Assembly (NCBI RefSeq): GCF_004010195.1
Contig: NC_057758.1
Coordinates: 248,784-312,783, forward strand
Source: Chiloscyllium plagiosum
Taxonomy: Eukaryota
DNA length: 64,000 bases
Reading direction: 5' to 3'
In this document: positions 24,787-36,756 of the stretch, piece after piece
Layout: every line of letters starts with the position of its first letter
How positions within the stretch are numbered: position 1 is the first letter of the stretch
Program-made: the position numbers and the translations under genes
Notes under the pieces: model-generated
What the model was told of the DNA's origin: nothing
The model's input: the letters and a program-made list of their open reading frames with translations, nothing else
Database searches by the model: none

Positions 24787-27700
24787 AAAATAGAATAGCC
24801 TTTATTATCACGTTCACTCAATGAGTGCAGTGATAAGTTTGCTCTGTCGCCTCTCGGCACCACCTTAGTTACAGCTACTTTAATTGCTGTTACTGAAAAG
24901 GTAAGTAAGCCCCGCAATAGAGTTGTGAAAGCCAAGAATGATAATAATAATAATGTGACTGTGAAGAACTTAAGTTCAAGAAGTTCTCGCCCTTTTTTTT
25001 TAAACACGAGTCCATGTCGAAAGGTGTGGTGCTGGAAAAGCACAGCAGGTCAGGCAGCATCCAAGGAGCAAGAGAGTCGTGCATCAGGTTAAACCTTTCC
25101 CGAGTACTCCTTGAGTGCACGTGCCAATAAAGGCCATTGGATTCTAGAGAGAGTGTGAACGGGAAGGGGTTTGGATCCATTCAGATTGTGCAGCGTGAGT
25201 AGGGCTTTGAGTCCATTGGGATTGAGTCCATGAGTGGCTTCAGAACACAAGGTAACGCTGCCTCCGCGTGCTTCCCAATGCTCCCACTGCGGCTGCTCCA
25301 GCATCCTGTCCACGCTCCCTCTGCTTCATGTTCCGGGACTATCCCAGTGGATGCAAACATGTTCCAGTTCACGCACCCGCTGATCGATCCAACTGGGCTA
25401 GAGCCCATTCCTATTTCTATACAATTCTAATGGATTTAACTCTCTATGCACGCTATGCAACCTGAGTGAATGAAAACCACTTCCCATTCACTCAAGCTCT
25501 ACATAATCCCAATGGACCCCAAACCTCCCCACTCCCACAATGCCAATGGATAGAAAAAGCTTTCTCATGCACAGCCATTCTATACAATCTCAAAGGCTTT
25601 GATATTTATTTCTAATCTGCACAATCAGAACGGATTCAAACCCCATCCTTTACTCAATCCCAACTAAGAGGAACCCCTTTCGTTAGTGCTATTTCAACAC
25701 CATCTCCATGGACCTTTCCCACTCTACACAACCCCAATGGACCCAAACTGTTTCCAATTGTCTCCCACTCTACACTAACCCAATGGATCCAAACCCCTTC
25801 CCATTTACTCTCAATCTACATACTCCCAATAGACACAAAGACTTTCCCAATCACTCCTCATCTACAGAAACACAATGAGCCCAACCCCTTCCCGTACACT
25901 CCCACGAGCACATTTGCAGTGGCCCCAAACCCTTCCCGTTCACTCCAATTCTACACAATCTCTATGTACCCAAACCATTACCATTCCTAATGAACCCAAA
26001 CCTCTTCCCATTCACTCCCACTCTTCACATTCCCAATTAATGCAAACCCGTTCCCATTCCCTTCCATTCAATGCAATCCCAATAGACCCAAACCCCTTCC
26101 GATTCAGTCACCATCTGCACAAACCTAACATGTGCAAACCCCTTCCCATTTATTCCAAGTCTACCAAATTCCAATGGACCCCAAGACCCTTCACATTAAC
26201 TCTCTCTCTCTACACAATCCTAATAGACATCAAACCCCTTCACTTTCCCTCCCACTTTACACAATGTCAATCAACTACAAACGTCTTCAGGTTCACACCC
26301 ACACTTGCCAATACCAATGGAAACCAAACTCGGTCCCGTTGACTCCCATCCTACACAATCCCTAAGGGGCCAAATCCTTTACCTTTCGCTCCTGCTCTAC
26401 AACATCCCAATGGGAACAAACCACTTCCCATTGAAACCACCTTTGCACAATCACACTGCATGAGACTGCTTCACATTCACTCCCGATCCGCACAATCCCA
26501 TTGCAACTAAGCAATCCCTGTTCACTAACAAACTATGCAATCCAAGCATAGCCAAAGTCTTCCAAGCCGCTTCCAGTCTGCGTAATACCATCGTACCAAA
26601 CCCCATTCCCATTCCCTCACACTGCACAATTCCAGTGGACCCATCTCACTTCCCATTCACTCCTGCTCTACACACTCCAAATTGACCCAAACTGCTTCCC
26701 AGTCACTTCGCCTCTACAAATTCCCAATGGTTCCAAATCCCTTCCAAATCATTCCAACTTTATACGATCCCAATGGACCTCAAAACTCTTCCCATTCACT
26801 CCCACTGTGCATAATACCAGTCGACCCAAACCCCTTCCCGTTCACTCCCGCATTACACCATCCCAATGGACCAAACCCCTTCCCGTTCACTCCCACTCTA
26901 CACAATCCCAATGAACCACAAACCCCTTCCCATTCACTACCTATCAACACATTCCCAATGGAAACAACCTCCTACCCATTCACTCCCACTCTACACAATC
27001 CCAATGGGCCCAACCCACTTCCCGTTCACTCCCGCTCTACATAATCCCAATGGACCTCAAACCCCTTCCCATTCACTCCCTATCTACACATTCGCAATGG
27101 AAACAACCTCCGACCCATTCACGCACACTCTACACAATCCCAATGGAAAACAAACCACTTCCATTCACTCCCGCTTTGTAAAATCTCACCAGCTGAAACC
27201 ACTTCACATTCAGTCCTGCTCCACACGCTCCTATTGCAGCTAAACTACTCCCCATTCACTCCCAAACCATGCAATCGAAATGTAGCCGAACGCCTCCAGG
27301 TTCACTTCAAATCTACACAGTACCATTGGGTCAAACGCCATTCCTATTCCCCCACACTCTGCACAATCCAACAGATCCATCTCACCTACCATTCACTCCT
27401 ACAGTACACACTCCAAGTTAACTCAAACCATTTCTTACTTACGACCTCTCTACAATATCCCAATGGACTCAAAACTCTTCCAATCCACTCCCAATCTACA
27501 TAATGCCAATGGACTCAAATTGCTTCCCATTCAGTACCACGCTACATAATCCCATTCCCTACTGCTCTACACAATCCCAACAGGAGCGCATCCCTTCCCA
27601 TTCACTCCCACTCTACGAAATCCCAATGGACACAAACCTCTTCCAATTCACTAACACTCTGCATAATCCCACTGGATCTAAACCACTTCCCATTCACTAC

Positions 27701-28859
27701 TACCCTGTACATTCCCTTCTTTGTCTACCACTCTACAGAACCCCTTCTGATTCACTCCCACTCTACATAATCCCAATCAACCCAACCCGCTTCCCATTTA
27801 CTCCCACTCGACACTATCCCAAATGATGTAAACATGCACCAGTTCACCACACAATTGAACAATCTCACCAGGCCAGAGCCCATTTGTATGCAATACCAGT
27901 GAACTCAAAACTCTCCCCACATTACGCAATATGAATGCATCAAAACCACTATCCACTTAGTACAATGCTACACAATCCCAATGGACTGCAACACCCTCCT
28001 CTACACTGCCACAACGCCATTGGATACAACAACACAGCCAATCTACACAATCTCAAAGATTTAAAATGTTTTACCATTTATGTCCAATCTGAGTGGACCC
28101 AAACCCCATTCCATTCATTTCTACTCTACACAATCCCAGTTCAGAGAAATTCCTTATCCTTATCACCAACTCTACACCATCATCATGGACCTAAACCCCT
28201 TCTGACTCACTCCCACTCTACACAATCCCAACGAACCCAAAGCCCCTTCCCATTCACTCTCAATCTACACACTCCCAATGGGTGCAATTCCCTTCCCATT
28301 CGCTTCTACTCTGAAAAATCCCAATTAACCCAGCCCCCTTCCTGTTCACTCCCACTTTACACACTCCCAGTGGCCCAATTCCTTCCTGTTCGCTGCCACT
28401 CTGCGATCCCAATGGAGCCAAACCCCTTTCCAATCACTCTTACACTACACAATTTTAATGGACTCGAACGCCTTCCCAATCACTCGCACTCTACACAATC
28501 TCAATAGATGCATTCCCTCCCCGTCCACTCCCGTACCACGCAATCCCATTGGACCCAAACCCCTTCCAATTCAGTCACAATCTCCATAATCCCAATGGAC
28601 GAAAACACCTTCCGTTTTACTCCCAGTCTACCAGATCCCAAGGGATTCCAATATGCTACGCACTCACTCCCAGTCTAAACAATCCCAAAGGGCCCTAAAC
28701 CCCTTCCGATTCACTACCTATCCACACAATCCCAACGGAAACAAACGCCTTCCCATTCACTCTCACTCTACCCAATCCCAATGGATATAAAACTCATTCA
28801 TATTCACTCCGAATTTACCCTGTTCTCAATTAATCACAAAACACAGAACATAGAACAAT

Positions 28860-30070
28860 NNNNNNNNNNNNNNNNNNNNNNNNNNNNNNNNNNNNNNNNN
28901 NNNNNNNNNNNNNNNNNNNNNNNNNNNNNNNNNNNNNNNNNNNNNNNNNNNNNNNNNNNNNNNNNNNNNNNNNNNNNNNNNNNNNNNNNNNNNNNNNNNN
29001 NNNNNNNNNNNNNNNNNNNNNNNNNNNNNNNNNNNNNNNNNNNNNNNNNNNNNNNNNNNNNNNNNNNNNNNNNNNNNNNNNNNNNNNNNNNNNNNNNNNN
29101 NNNNNNNNNNNNNNNNNNNNNNNNNNNNNNNNNNNNNNNNNNNNNNNNNNNNNNNNNNNNNNNNNNNNNNNNNNNNNNNNNNNNNNNNNNNNNNNNNNNN
29201 NNNNNNNNNNNNNNNNNNNNNNNNNNNNNNNNNNNNNNNNNNNNNNNNNNNNNNNNNNNNNNNNNNNNNNNNNNNNNNNNNNNNNNNNNNNNNNNNNNNN
29301 NNNNNNNNNNNNNNNNNNNNNNNNNNNNNNNNNNNNNNNNNNNNNNNNNNNNNNNNNNNTGGATCTGATAGGGAGGATTTAAATTTGTAAGGTGGGGCGG
29401 TGGGACACAGGGAAATAGTGTGGAAAGAGGTACAGATTAGACTGGTACAGATGAGAACATGAGCGAGAAACAGTCAGGNNNNNNNNNNNNNNNNNNNNNN
29501 NNNNNNNNNNNNNNNNNNNNNNNNNNNNNNNNNNNNNNNNNNNNNNNNNNNNNNNNNNNNNNNNNNNNNNNNNNNNNNNNNNNNNNNNNNNNNNNNNNNN
29601 NNNNNNNNNNNNNNNNNNNNNNNNNNNNNNNNNNNNNNNNNNNNNNNNNNNNNNNNNNNNNNNNNNNNNNNNNNNNNNNNNNNNNNNNNNNNNNNNNNNN
29701 NNNNNNNNNNNNNNNNNNNNNNNNNNNNNNNNNNNNNNNNNNNNNNNNNNNNNNNNNNNNNNNNNNNNNNNNNNNNNNNNNNNNNNNNNNNNNNNNNNNN
29801 NNNNNNNNNNNNNNNNNNNNNNNNNNNNNNNNNNNNNNNNNNNNNNNNNNNNNNNNNNNNNNNNNNNNNNNNNNNNNNNNNNNNNNNNNNNNNNNNNNNN
29901 NNNNNNNNNNNNNNNNNNNNNNNNNNNNNNNNNNNNNNNNNNNNNNNNNNNNNNNNNNNNNNNNNNNNNNNNNNNNNNNNNNNNNNNNNNNNNNNNNNNN
30001 NNNNNNNNNNNNNNNNNNNNNNNNNNNNNNNNNNNNNNNNNNNNNNNNNNNNNNNNNNNNNNNNNNNNNN
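28860..30070. other. Assembly gaps (28860-29359 and 29479-30070) around a short island
   Basis: N runs. Confidence 0.99.
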
Positions 30071-30880
30071 GAAATTGTAACAAAGAATAGTACAGCACTG
30101 AACAGACATTTCCGGCCATGATGTCGTGCTAAACATTTCTCTTACTCCAAGACCAATCGAACCTACTCAACCCTCAATTTAAGGACATCCATGTGCTTAT
30201 CCAGCAGTCGTTAAAACCTTCCTAATGTGTCTGACTCAAATTCCATCTCTTACAGTACATAACACGCAAGCACCACACTCTGCAAAAAGAATCTACCTCT
30301 GACATCGCCCCTGTACATTCCTCCAAACACCGTCTAAATATGACCTCTCAATACAACTACCTCTGTTTTGGGCAAATCTCTGGCTTTCTAGTTTAACTGT
30401 GCCTCTCATTATTTTGTACATGTCTATCAAGTCACGTCTCTTCCTTCTCACCAACGTAAAATACCCTAGCTCACTCAACCTCACTTCATCAGGCATGTCC
30501 TGCAATCCAATCAGCGGCCTGGTAAATCTCCTCGGCCCCTTTCGAAATATCCTTTAATAAGGCGACCAGAACTGGAGACAATATTCCAAGTGTGTTTGAA
30601 CCAGAGTTTTACAGACTTGTCGCAAAATCTCATATCTCTTCAAGTGGATCCCCCAGTTCATGAAAGCCAAAGCTCCCTCCGCCTTCTTAACAACCCTCTG
30701 AATTTGGGCGGTAAGTTTGAGGGGTCGATGTTTAGGGAGTCTAAGATCACAGTGTTCCTCCGCACTGCAAAGAATGTTATCTTTAACTCTGTATTCATCA
30801 TTCAAATTCGATGTTCCAAAATGAATACCTCGCATTTATGCGTGTTGAACTCTGTGTGCCACTGCTCAGCCGAGCTCAGC
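30071..30880 (-). mobile_element. Degraded CR1-type LINE 3' part
   Basis: CKTLVQTHLEYCLQFWSPY motif. Confidence 0.85.
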
Positions 30881-31769
30881 ATCCCGGAAGAGACCAGACT
30901 GACCACACCATTTTTCCTTAATCACTGATGCCATGGACAGAGCAGAATGACCCCTCTGTGTGTGCATCACTGACCTGATTGAGACCAATGTATATGTAAC
31001 ACTTACTCCTGGGAGACATTAGAGTGACACCACGCTGTCAGCATCATTGACCATGGGGATAGAGAATGTCGAGAGTGTGGTGCTGGTCAAGTACAAAACG
31101 TCTGGCGGCGTCTGTGGGTTGGACAGAAGGGTCTGTTTCCGTGCTTTACATCTCTATGGCTCTATATCGATGATCCTTGGAGAGAAGTAATTCCTCATCA
31201 ACTCTGTTTCAAATACACTTCACTTGTAGCCTAAAACAGAATCTTCTCGTTTTAGATTTCTCCACACGAGGAATTATCCTCTCGATGTCTCGTTTGTGAA
31301 TCACTTCAGTATATTATAGACGTTAACTAGGTCTTCTCTTCATCTTCAAAACTCAGGAGTAGAAGTGTGCAGTCTAAACTGCTCAATGTTTTTTTTTCGT
31401 AAGACAAAATGTTCACCTTTGGAAAACATCTAGCTTTTACTCCAAATTGGATGCTCAATTGAACACAAGCTTTACTGAAAATAAATAACAGACAGTCAGG
31501 AGGTTTGTTTTATTCAGCATGAGATTTCAATAACATATATTTCGATTATTCAACAAAAGCCGTTCATTCTTAAAGATCATTCATAAAGAGCGTTACGTGA
31601 CTGTTATGCTTTTTTAAAATTATTATCCGCAGTTTATCCGAAAATACTGAGTATTTTCTGAATTCGGATATGTCTGATGACAAATTGTGATGAAGAATTT
31701 TAAACTCAGGGTCGTGTCAACTCCTACACAGAGGCAGAAACCGTCACTGACAACATTCTCCCTCAGCTG

Positions 31770-32400
31770 TTGTGTACACACACAAAACTACTCACTTATA
31801 CACACATATTCACACACTCACTGAGGCATACACATCTCCATTGCGGCACACAAACATACACGAATACTGAGACATGCGTTCTCATACGGGAACAAACAAC
31901 AAAACACTTACAAGCAGACGTACACGCACAGATGCATGCATCTCGCATTCCCTCAATAACAGTGGCATATGATCACGTGGACAGAATACTGAAGCACGCA
32001 CACATAGAGATACACATTGATGCACACAACAAAACAATCATTGAGACGCACGCACATGCACACTCATACAGAGACCTGCATTCAGTCAAACACGCTGCAA
32101 AACACGAATACTCAAATACACCAAAACACACATTAGCAAACGCACACCTACACTGACACAGTAACACTCTCTGACAAATAGCAATGAACTCCAGGATTTA
32201 TACAGTCACGCAGAGTTTTACAAGAGTCTCATGCATCCATACAAATGCAAACGCACCCACATATACACGCATGGCCATGCAATCACACGCAGACTCACAC
32301 TCACGCATTCACATGCTTAGAAACACTCACAGTCACATAAATAAAATCATGCACACGCATGCACACAATCCCTGACATACTCACACACACACAAGATCAC
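31770..32400. repeat. CA-rich low-complexity tract
   Basis: Degenerate (CA)n; paralog at about 42840-43560. Confidence 0.8.
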
Positions 32401-32410
32401 ACAAGTATAT

Positions 32411-32655
32411 GTTGTGGTTCTGTTCGCCGAGCTGGTTATTTGTGTTGCAGACGTTTCGTCCCCTGTCTCGGTGACATCCTCGGTGCTTGGGAGCCTCCTG
32501 TGAAGCGCTTCTGTGATGTTTCTGTGAAGGAGGCTCCCAAGCACTGAGGATGTCACCGAGACAGGGGACGAAACGTCTGCAACACAAATTCCCAACTCGG
32601 CGAACAGAACCACTACAACGAACACCCGAGGTACAAATCTTCTCCCAAACTTTGA
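32411..32655. mobile_element. Non-autonomous fold-back Penelope pLTR element
   Basis: Inverted arms; 12-bp TSD ACACAAGTATAT (32399-32410 and 32656-32667); empty site at 43461-43472. Confidence 0.88.
32541..32580 (+). ncRNA. Minimal hammerhead ribozyme motif
   Basis: GCA-CTGAGGA-TGTCACC gagaca GGGGAC-GAAAC-GTC-TGC. Confidence 0.7.
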
Positions 32656-33439
32656 ACACAAGTATATAAAAACAGATTCACACATTATCTAACAAAGTCA
32701 TACAGACACAGACATGCATAAATATATACAAAAACTTACATACAAAAAGACATAATATGCAGTCATATAATGTTGGCAGTGTGGGATAACTGATATTCGG
32801 ACAGTCAGGAGTAATCATAGAATGTGTGGTGCAAAATAACACAATATCGACTGTGTGAAGTATCTGATGTGTGAACACTCAGCAGTGTGCAAAGTGCATA
32901 TTGTCTACAACGATACAATACCCGTTTGTTGTTGATTAGATATTTGGACATTCAAATGTTTGTAACTTACGTATTGTCTGGAGTAATGCAACGTCAACTG
33001 ATTGGTATGGTTGATAATTAGTCACTCATCAGTGTGCAGACTTCAGTAAAACAATACCTATAGTAACACAATGCCTACTGAGTTGGGCAGCTGATATGTG
33101 GATATCCAGCCTTGTGCATCTGTCTTGTCGACTGTAATGCAATTTTACTGTATGAGATGACTGACTGATGAATATACAGAAGTGTGTGTTTTCTCTTGCA
33201 ATACGTTAATTACTGTTGGGACACCAGGTGTTGGGGCAGTCAGCATTAAGAACCTGTGCCGCGCTCAAAAACAAACAATACTGTTTGTAACACAAAGTCG
33301 ACAGTGCAGTGGACTGACACTTGGAGATTCAGCTGTGTCCAGCCTGTGTGTTGAGCACGTAATGAGATGCTGCATCTTTGTAAGTCTTTGCAGTGGGACT
33401 TTGCAGCTTTTGTGGGACTCTCAGAAACTGAATGGTGAT

Positions 33440-36263
33440 ATAGAACATAGACCATAGAAGAATACAGCGCAGTACAGGCCCTTTGGCCCTCGATGTTGCG
33501 CCGATCCAAGACCACCTAACCTATACTAACCCACTATCCTCCATATACCTATCCAATGCCCGCTTAAATGCCCATAAAGAGGGAGAGTCCACCACTGCTA
33601 CTGGCAGGGCATTCCATGAACTTACGACTCGCTTGTTGTGCCGATCCAAGCCCACCTAACCTACGCTAGCCCACTATCCTCCATATGCCTATCCAATGCC
33701 TGTTTAAATGCCCATAAAGAGGGAGAGTCTACCACTGTTACTGGCAGGGCATTCCATGAACTCACGACTCGCTGAGTAAAGAATCTACCCCTAACATCTG
33801 TCCTATACCTACCCGCCCTTAATTTAAAGCTATGCCCCCTTGTAATACCCGACTCAATACGCGCGACAAGGTTCATACTGTCGACCCTATCTCACCCCCT
33901 AATCATCTTGTACACCTCAATCAAGTCGCCCCTAAACCTTCTTTTCTCTAGTGTAAACAGCCCCAAGTGCCTCAGTCTTTCCTCATACGATTTTCCTTTC
34001 ATACCAGGCAACATCCTGGTAAACCTCCTCTGCACCCGTTCCAGTGCCTCCACATCCTTCCTATAGTATGGCGACCAAAACTGCACACAATATTCCCGAT
34101 GCGGCCGCACCAGAGTCTTATACAACTGCATCATGACCTCCGGACTCCGGAACTCAATTCCTCTACTAATAAAAGCCAGTACGCCATATGCCTTCCTCAC
34201 CGCACTATTTACCTGGGTGGCAACTTTCAGAGATCTGTGTACATGGACACCAAGATCCCTCTGCTCATCCACACTACCAAGTATCCGACCATTAGCCCAG
34301 TACCCCATCTTTTTGTTATTCTTCCCAAAGTGAATCACCTCACACTTAGCTACATTGTATTCCATTTGCCACCTTTCTGCCCAGCTCTGCAGCTTCTCTA
34401 TATCCTGCTGTAACCTGCCATATGCTTCCTCACTGTCAACAACTCCTCCGACTTTTGTGTCATCCGCAAACTTGCTCACCCAACCTTCTAATCCCTCTTC
34501 CAGGTCATTTATAAAAATGACAAACAGCAATGGTCCCAAAACAGATCCTTGCGGAACACCGCTAGTGACGGCACTCCATGAAGAAACTTTGCCATCAACT
34601 ACTACCCTCTGTCTTCTTCCATCTAGCCAATTCCTAATCCAAACCTCCAACTCACCCTCAATGCCATATCTCCGTATTTTCTGCAGTAGCCTACCATGGG
34701 GGACCTTATCAAACGCCTTACTAAAATCCATATATACCACATCTACCGCTTTCCCCTCATCATCCTCCTTCGTCACCTTTTCAAAGAATTCAATAAGGTT
34801 TGTGAGGCACGACTTTCCCTTCACAAAACCATGCTGACTATCTTTGATCACATTATTCCTATCCAGATGTTCATAAATCCTATCCCTTACAATTCTCTCT
34901 AAGACTTTGCCCACAACAGAAGTGAGACTCACCGGCCTATAGTTACTAGGGCTATCCCTACTCCCCTTTTTGAACAAGGGAACCACATTTGCTATCCTCC
35001 AGTCTTCTGGGACTACTCCTGTAGACAAAGAGGACATAAAAATCAAGGCCAATGGTTCTGCAATCTCCTCCCTTGCTTCCCAGAGAATCCTAGGATAAAT
35101 GCCATCAGGCCCAGGGGACTTATCTATTTTCACCTTTTCCAGGATTTCCAACACCTCTTCTCTACATACCTCAAGGCCATCCATTCTACTTATTTGTGCC
35201 TCAGTATTCTCATCGACAATGCCCTGTTCCTGAGTGAATACTGAAGAAAAGTATTCATTCAGTGTCTCCGCAATCTCTTCTGCCTCCACACGCAACTTCC
35301 CCCTACTATCCTTGACTGGACCTATTCCTACCCTAGTCATTCTTTTATTCCTAACATACCTATAGAAAGCCTTAGGGTTTTCCCTAATCCTACCGACTAG
35401 GGACCTTTCATGTCCCCTCCTTGCTGCTCTTAGCTCTCTCTTCAGGTCCTTCCTGGCTGCCCTATAACTCTCAATCGCCCCAATTGAACCTTCACGTCTC
35501 ATCTTGAGATAGGCCGCCCTCTTCCATTTAACAAGGGATTCCAATTCCTTATTAAACCACGGCTCCCTCGCACGACCCTTTCCTCCCTTCCTGACAGGTA
35601 CATAATTATCAAGGACACTCAATAGTTGCTCCTTGTACAAGCTCCACATATCATTTACACTCTTGCCTTGGAGTCTACTTTTCCAAGCCACACATCCTAA
35701 GTCATGCCTCACCGCATCATAATTTCCCTTACCCCAGCTATAATTCTTGCCCTGTAGTACACACTTATCCCTCTCCATCATGAGAGTAAAAATCACCGAA
35801 TTATGGTGCTCACCTACCTCTAATTCTAACACCTGGCCTGGTTCGTTACCCAGAACCAAATCCAGTATGGCCTCACCTCTTGTTGGCCTGTCTACATATT
35901 GTGTCAGGAAACTCTCCTGCACACATTGAACAAACACTGACCCATCTAACGAACTTGAGCTATAGCTTTCCCAATCAATATCAGGAAAGTTAAAGTCCCC
36001 CATCACAACCACCCTATTACTGTCACTCATCTCCTGAATCACCTTCCCTATCCTTTCTTCAATGATTCTAGGACTATTAGGAGGCCTGTAAAAGACTCCT
36101 AACAGGGTGACCTCACCTTTCCTATTCCTAACCTCAGCCCAAACTACCTCAGATGGCAAGTCCTCATCCATCGTCCTTTCCACCACTGTAATACTATCTT
36201 TGACAAGCAATGCCACACCTCCCCCTCTTTTACCCCCACCTCTGACCCTACTAAAACATTTAA
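33440..36263 (-). mobile_element. Young CR1/HER1-type LINE, 5'-truncated within the endonuclease
   Basis: Long ORF2 and tail; absent from duplicated copy B (about 44518). Confidence 0.95.
33892..36216 (-). CDS. CR1 ORF2 (partial APE endonuclease and reverse transcriptase), 774 aa, truncated
   Basis: GVFYRPP, MGDFNFPDIDW, AILDLVL, NYRPVSLTS, YMDFSKAFDKVPH, GVPQGSVLGPLLF and KFADDTK motifs. Confidence 0.93.
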   Translation of the reverse strand: MALLVKDSITVVERTMDEDLPSEVVWAEVRNRKGEVTLLGVFYRPPNSPRIIEERIGKVIQEMSDSNRVVVMGDFNFPDIDWESYSSSSLDGSVFVQCVQESFLTQYVDRPTRGEAILDLVLGNEPGQVLELEVGEHHNSVIFTLMMERDKCVLQGKNYSWGKGNYDAVRHDLGCVAWKSRLQGKSVNDMWSLYKEQLLSVLDNYVPVRKGGKGRAREPWFNKELESLVKWKRAAYLKMRREGSIGAIESYRAARKDLKRELRAARRGHERSLVGRIRENPKAFYRYVRNKRMTRVGIGPVKDSRGKLRVEAEEIAETLNEYFSSVFTQEQGIVDENTEAQISRMDGLEVCREEVLEILEKVKIDKSPGPDGIYPRILWEAREEIAEPLALIFMSSLSTGVVPEDWRIANVVPLFKKGSRDSPSNYRPVSLTSVVGKVLERIVRDRIYEHLDRNNVIKDSQHGFVKGKSCLTNLIEFFEKVTKEDDEGKAVDVVYMDFSKAFDKVPHGRLLQKIRRYGIEGELEVWIRNWLDGRRQRVVVDGKVSSWSAVTSGVPQGSVLGPLLFVIFINDLEEGLEGWVSKFADDTKVGGVVDSEEAYGRLQQDIEKLQSWAERWQMEYNVAKCEVIHFGKNNKKMGYWANGRILGSVDEQRDLGVHVHRSLKVATQVNSAVRKAYGVLAFISRGIEFRSPEVMMQLYKTLVRPHREYCVQFWSPYYRKDVEALERVQRRFTRMLPGMKGKSYEERLRHLGLFTLEKRRFRGDLIEVYKMIRG

Positions 36264-36549
36264 ATATGAGGCCAATGAGATCCGTTTTACAGGTAAGTAT
36301 TTAACAGACCGATTGGCTGCTCAAAATAAACAAATATTGCTCCACGCACATTCACGAAATGGAAATATTTCTTGAAATTGCGTCCACCTCCGAGCATTTC
36401 ACCACAGCTTGCATCTGTGACGAGTGTTGAGATTCCAAATGATTCTCAACTAATGCATCACTGTCAAAGAGCTAACAATAACAGGCAAGTTGTTGAGGCA
36501 TCACGTACTATGAAGAAGGGATAATTCTCTGTCTGATGCTCTCTTTAAT

Positions 36550-36756
36550 GTTAAAAATCACACAACGCCAGGTTATAGTCCAACAGGTTTAATTGGAAGC
36601 ACACTAGCTTTCGGAGCGACGCTCCTTCATCAGGTGATTGTGAGCGTCGCTCCGAAAGCTAGTGTGCTTTCAATTAAACCTGTTCGACTATAACTTGGTA
36701 TTGTGTGATTTTTAACTTTGTACACCCCAGTCCAACACCGGCATCTCCAAATTATG
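36550..36756. mobile_element. Fold-back Penelope-derived element, third family
   Basis: Inverted arms GTTAAAAATCACACAA and TTGTGTGATTTTTAAC; 12-bp TSD GCTCTCTTTAAT (36538-36549 and 36757-36768); empty site at 45842-45853. Confidence 0.82.
36602..36636 (-). ncRNA. Minimal hammerhead ribozyme motif
   Basis: Reverse complement CAC-CTGATGA-AGGAGC gtc GCTCC-GAAAG-CTA-GTG. Confidence 0.68.

Larger units (their letters stand above)
2900..28830. repeat. 46-bp C-rich satellite, degenerate and interrupted by many insertions
   Basis: Consensus AATCCCAATGGACCCAAACCCCTTCCCATTCACTCCCACTCTGCAC; period 46 (4161 to 4207). Blocks at about 2900-4450, 7162-8120, 9290-9450, 10380-12590, 19450-21945, 23675-24495 and 25340-28830. 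Confidence 0.92.

Noticed and set aside
28781..30136. Long ORFs full of X (also 47829-49399)
   Set aside because: They run through N gaps.
31770..32375. His/Thr-rich ORFs, and E/R-rich ORFs at 47933-48271
   Set aside because: They are translations of CA-rich and GA-rich low-complexity DNA.
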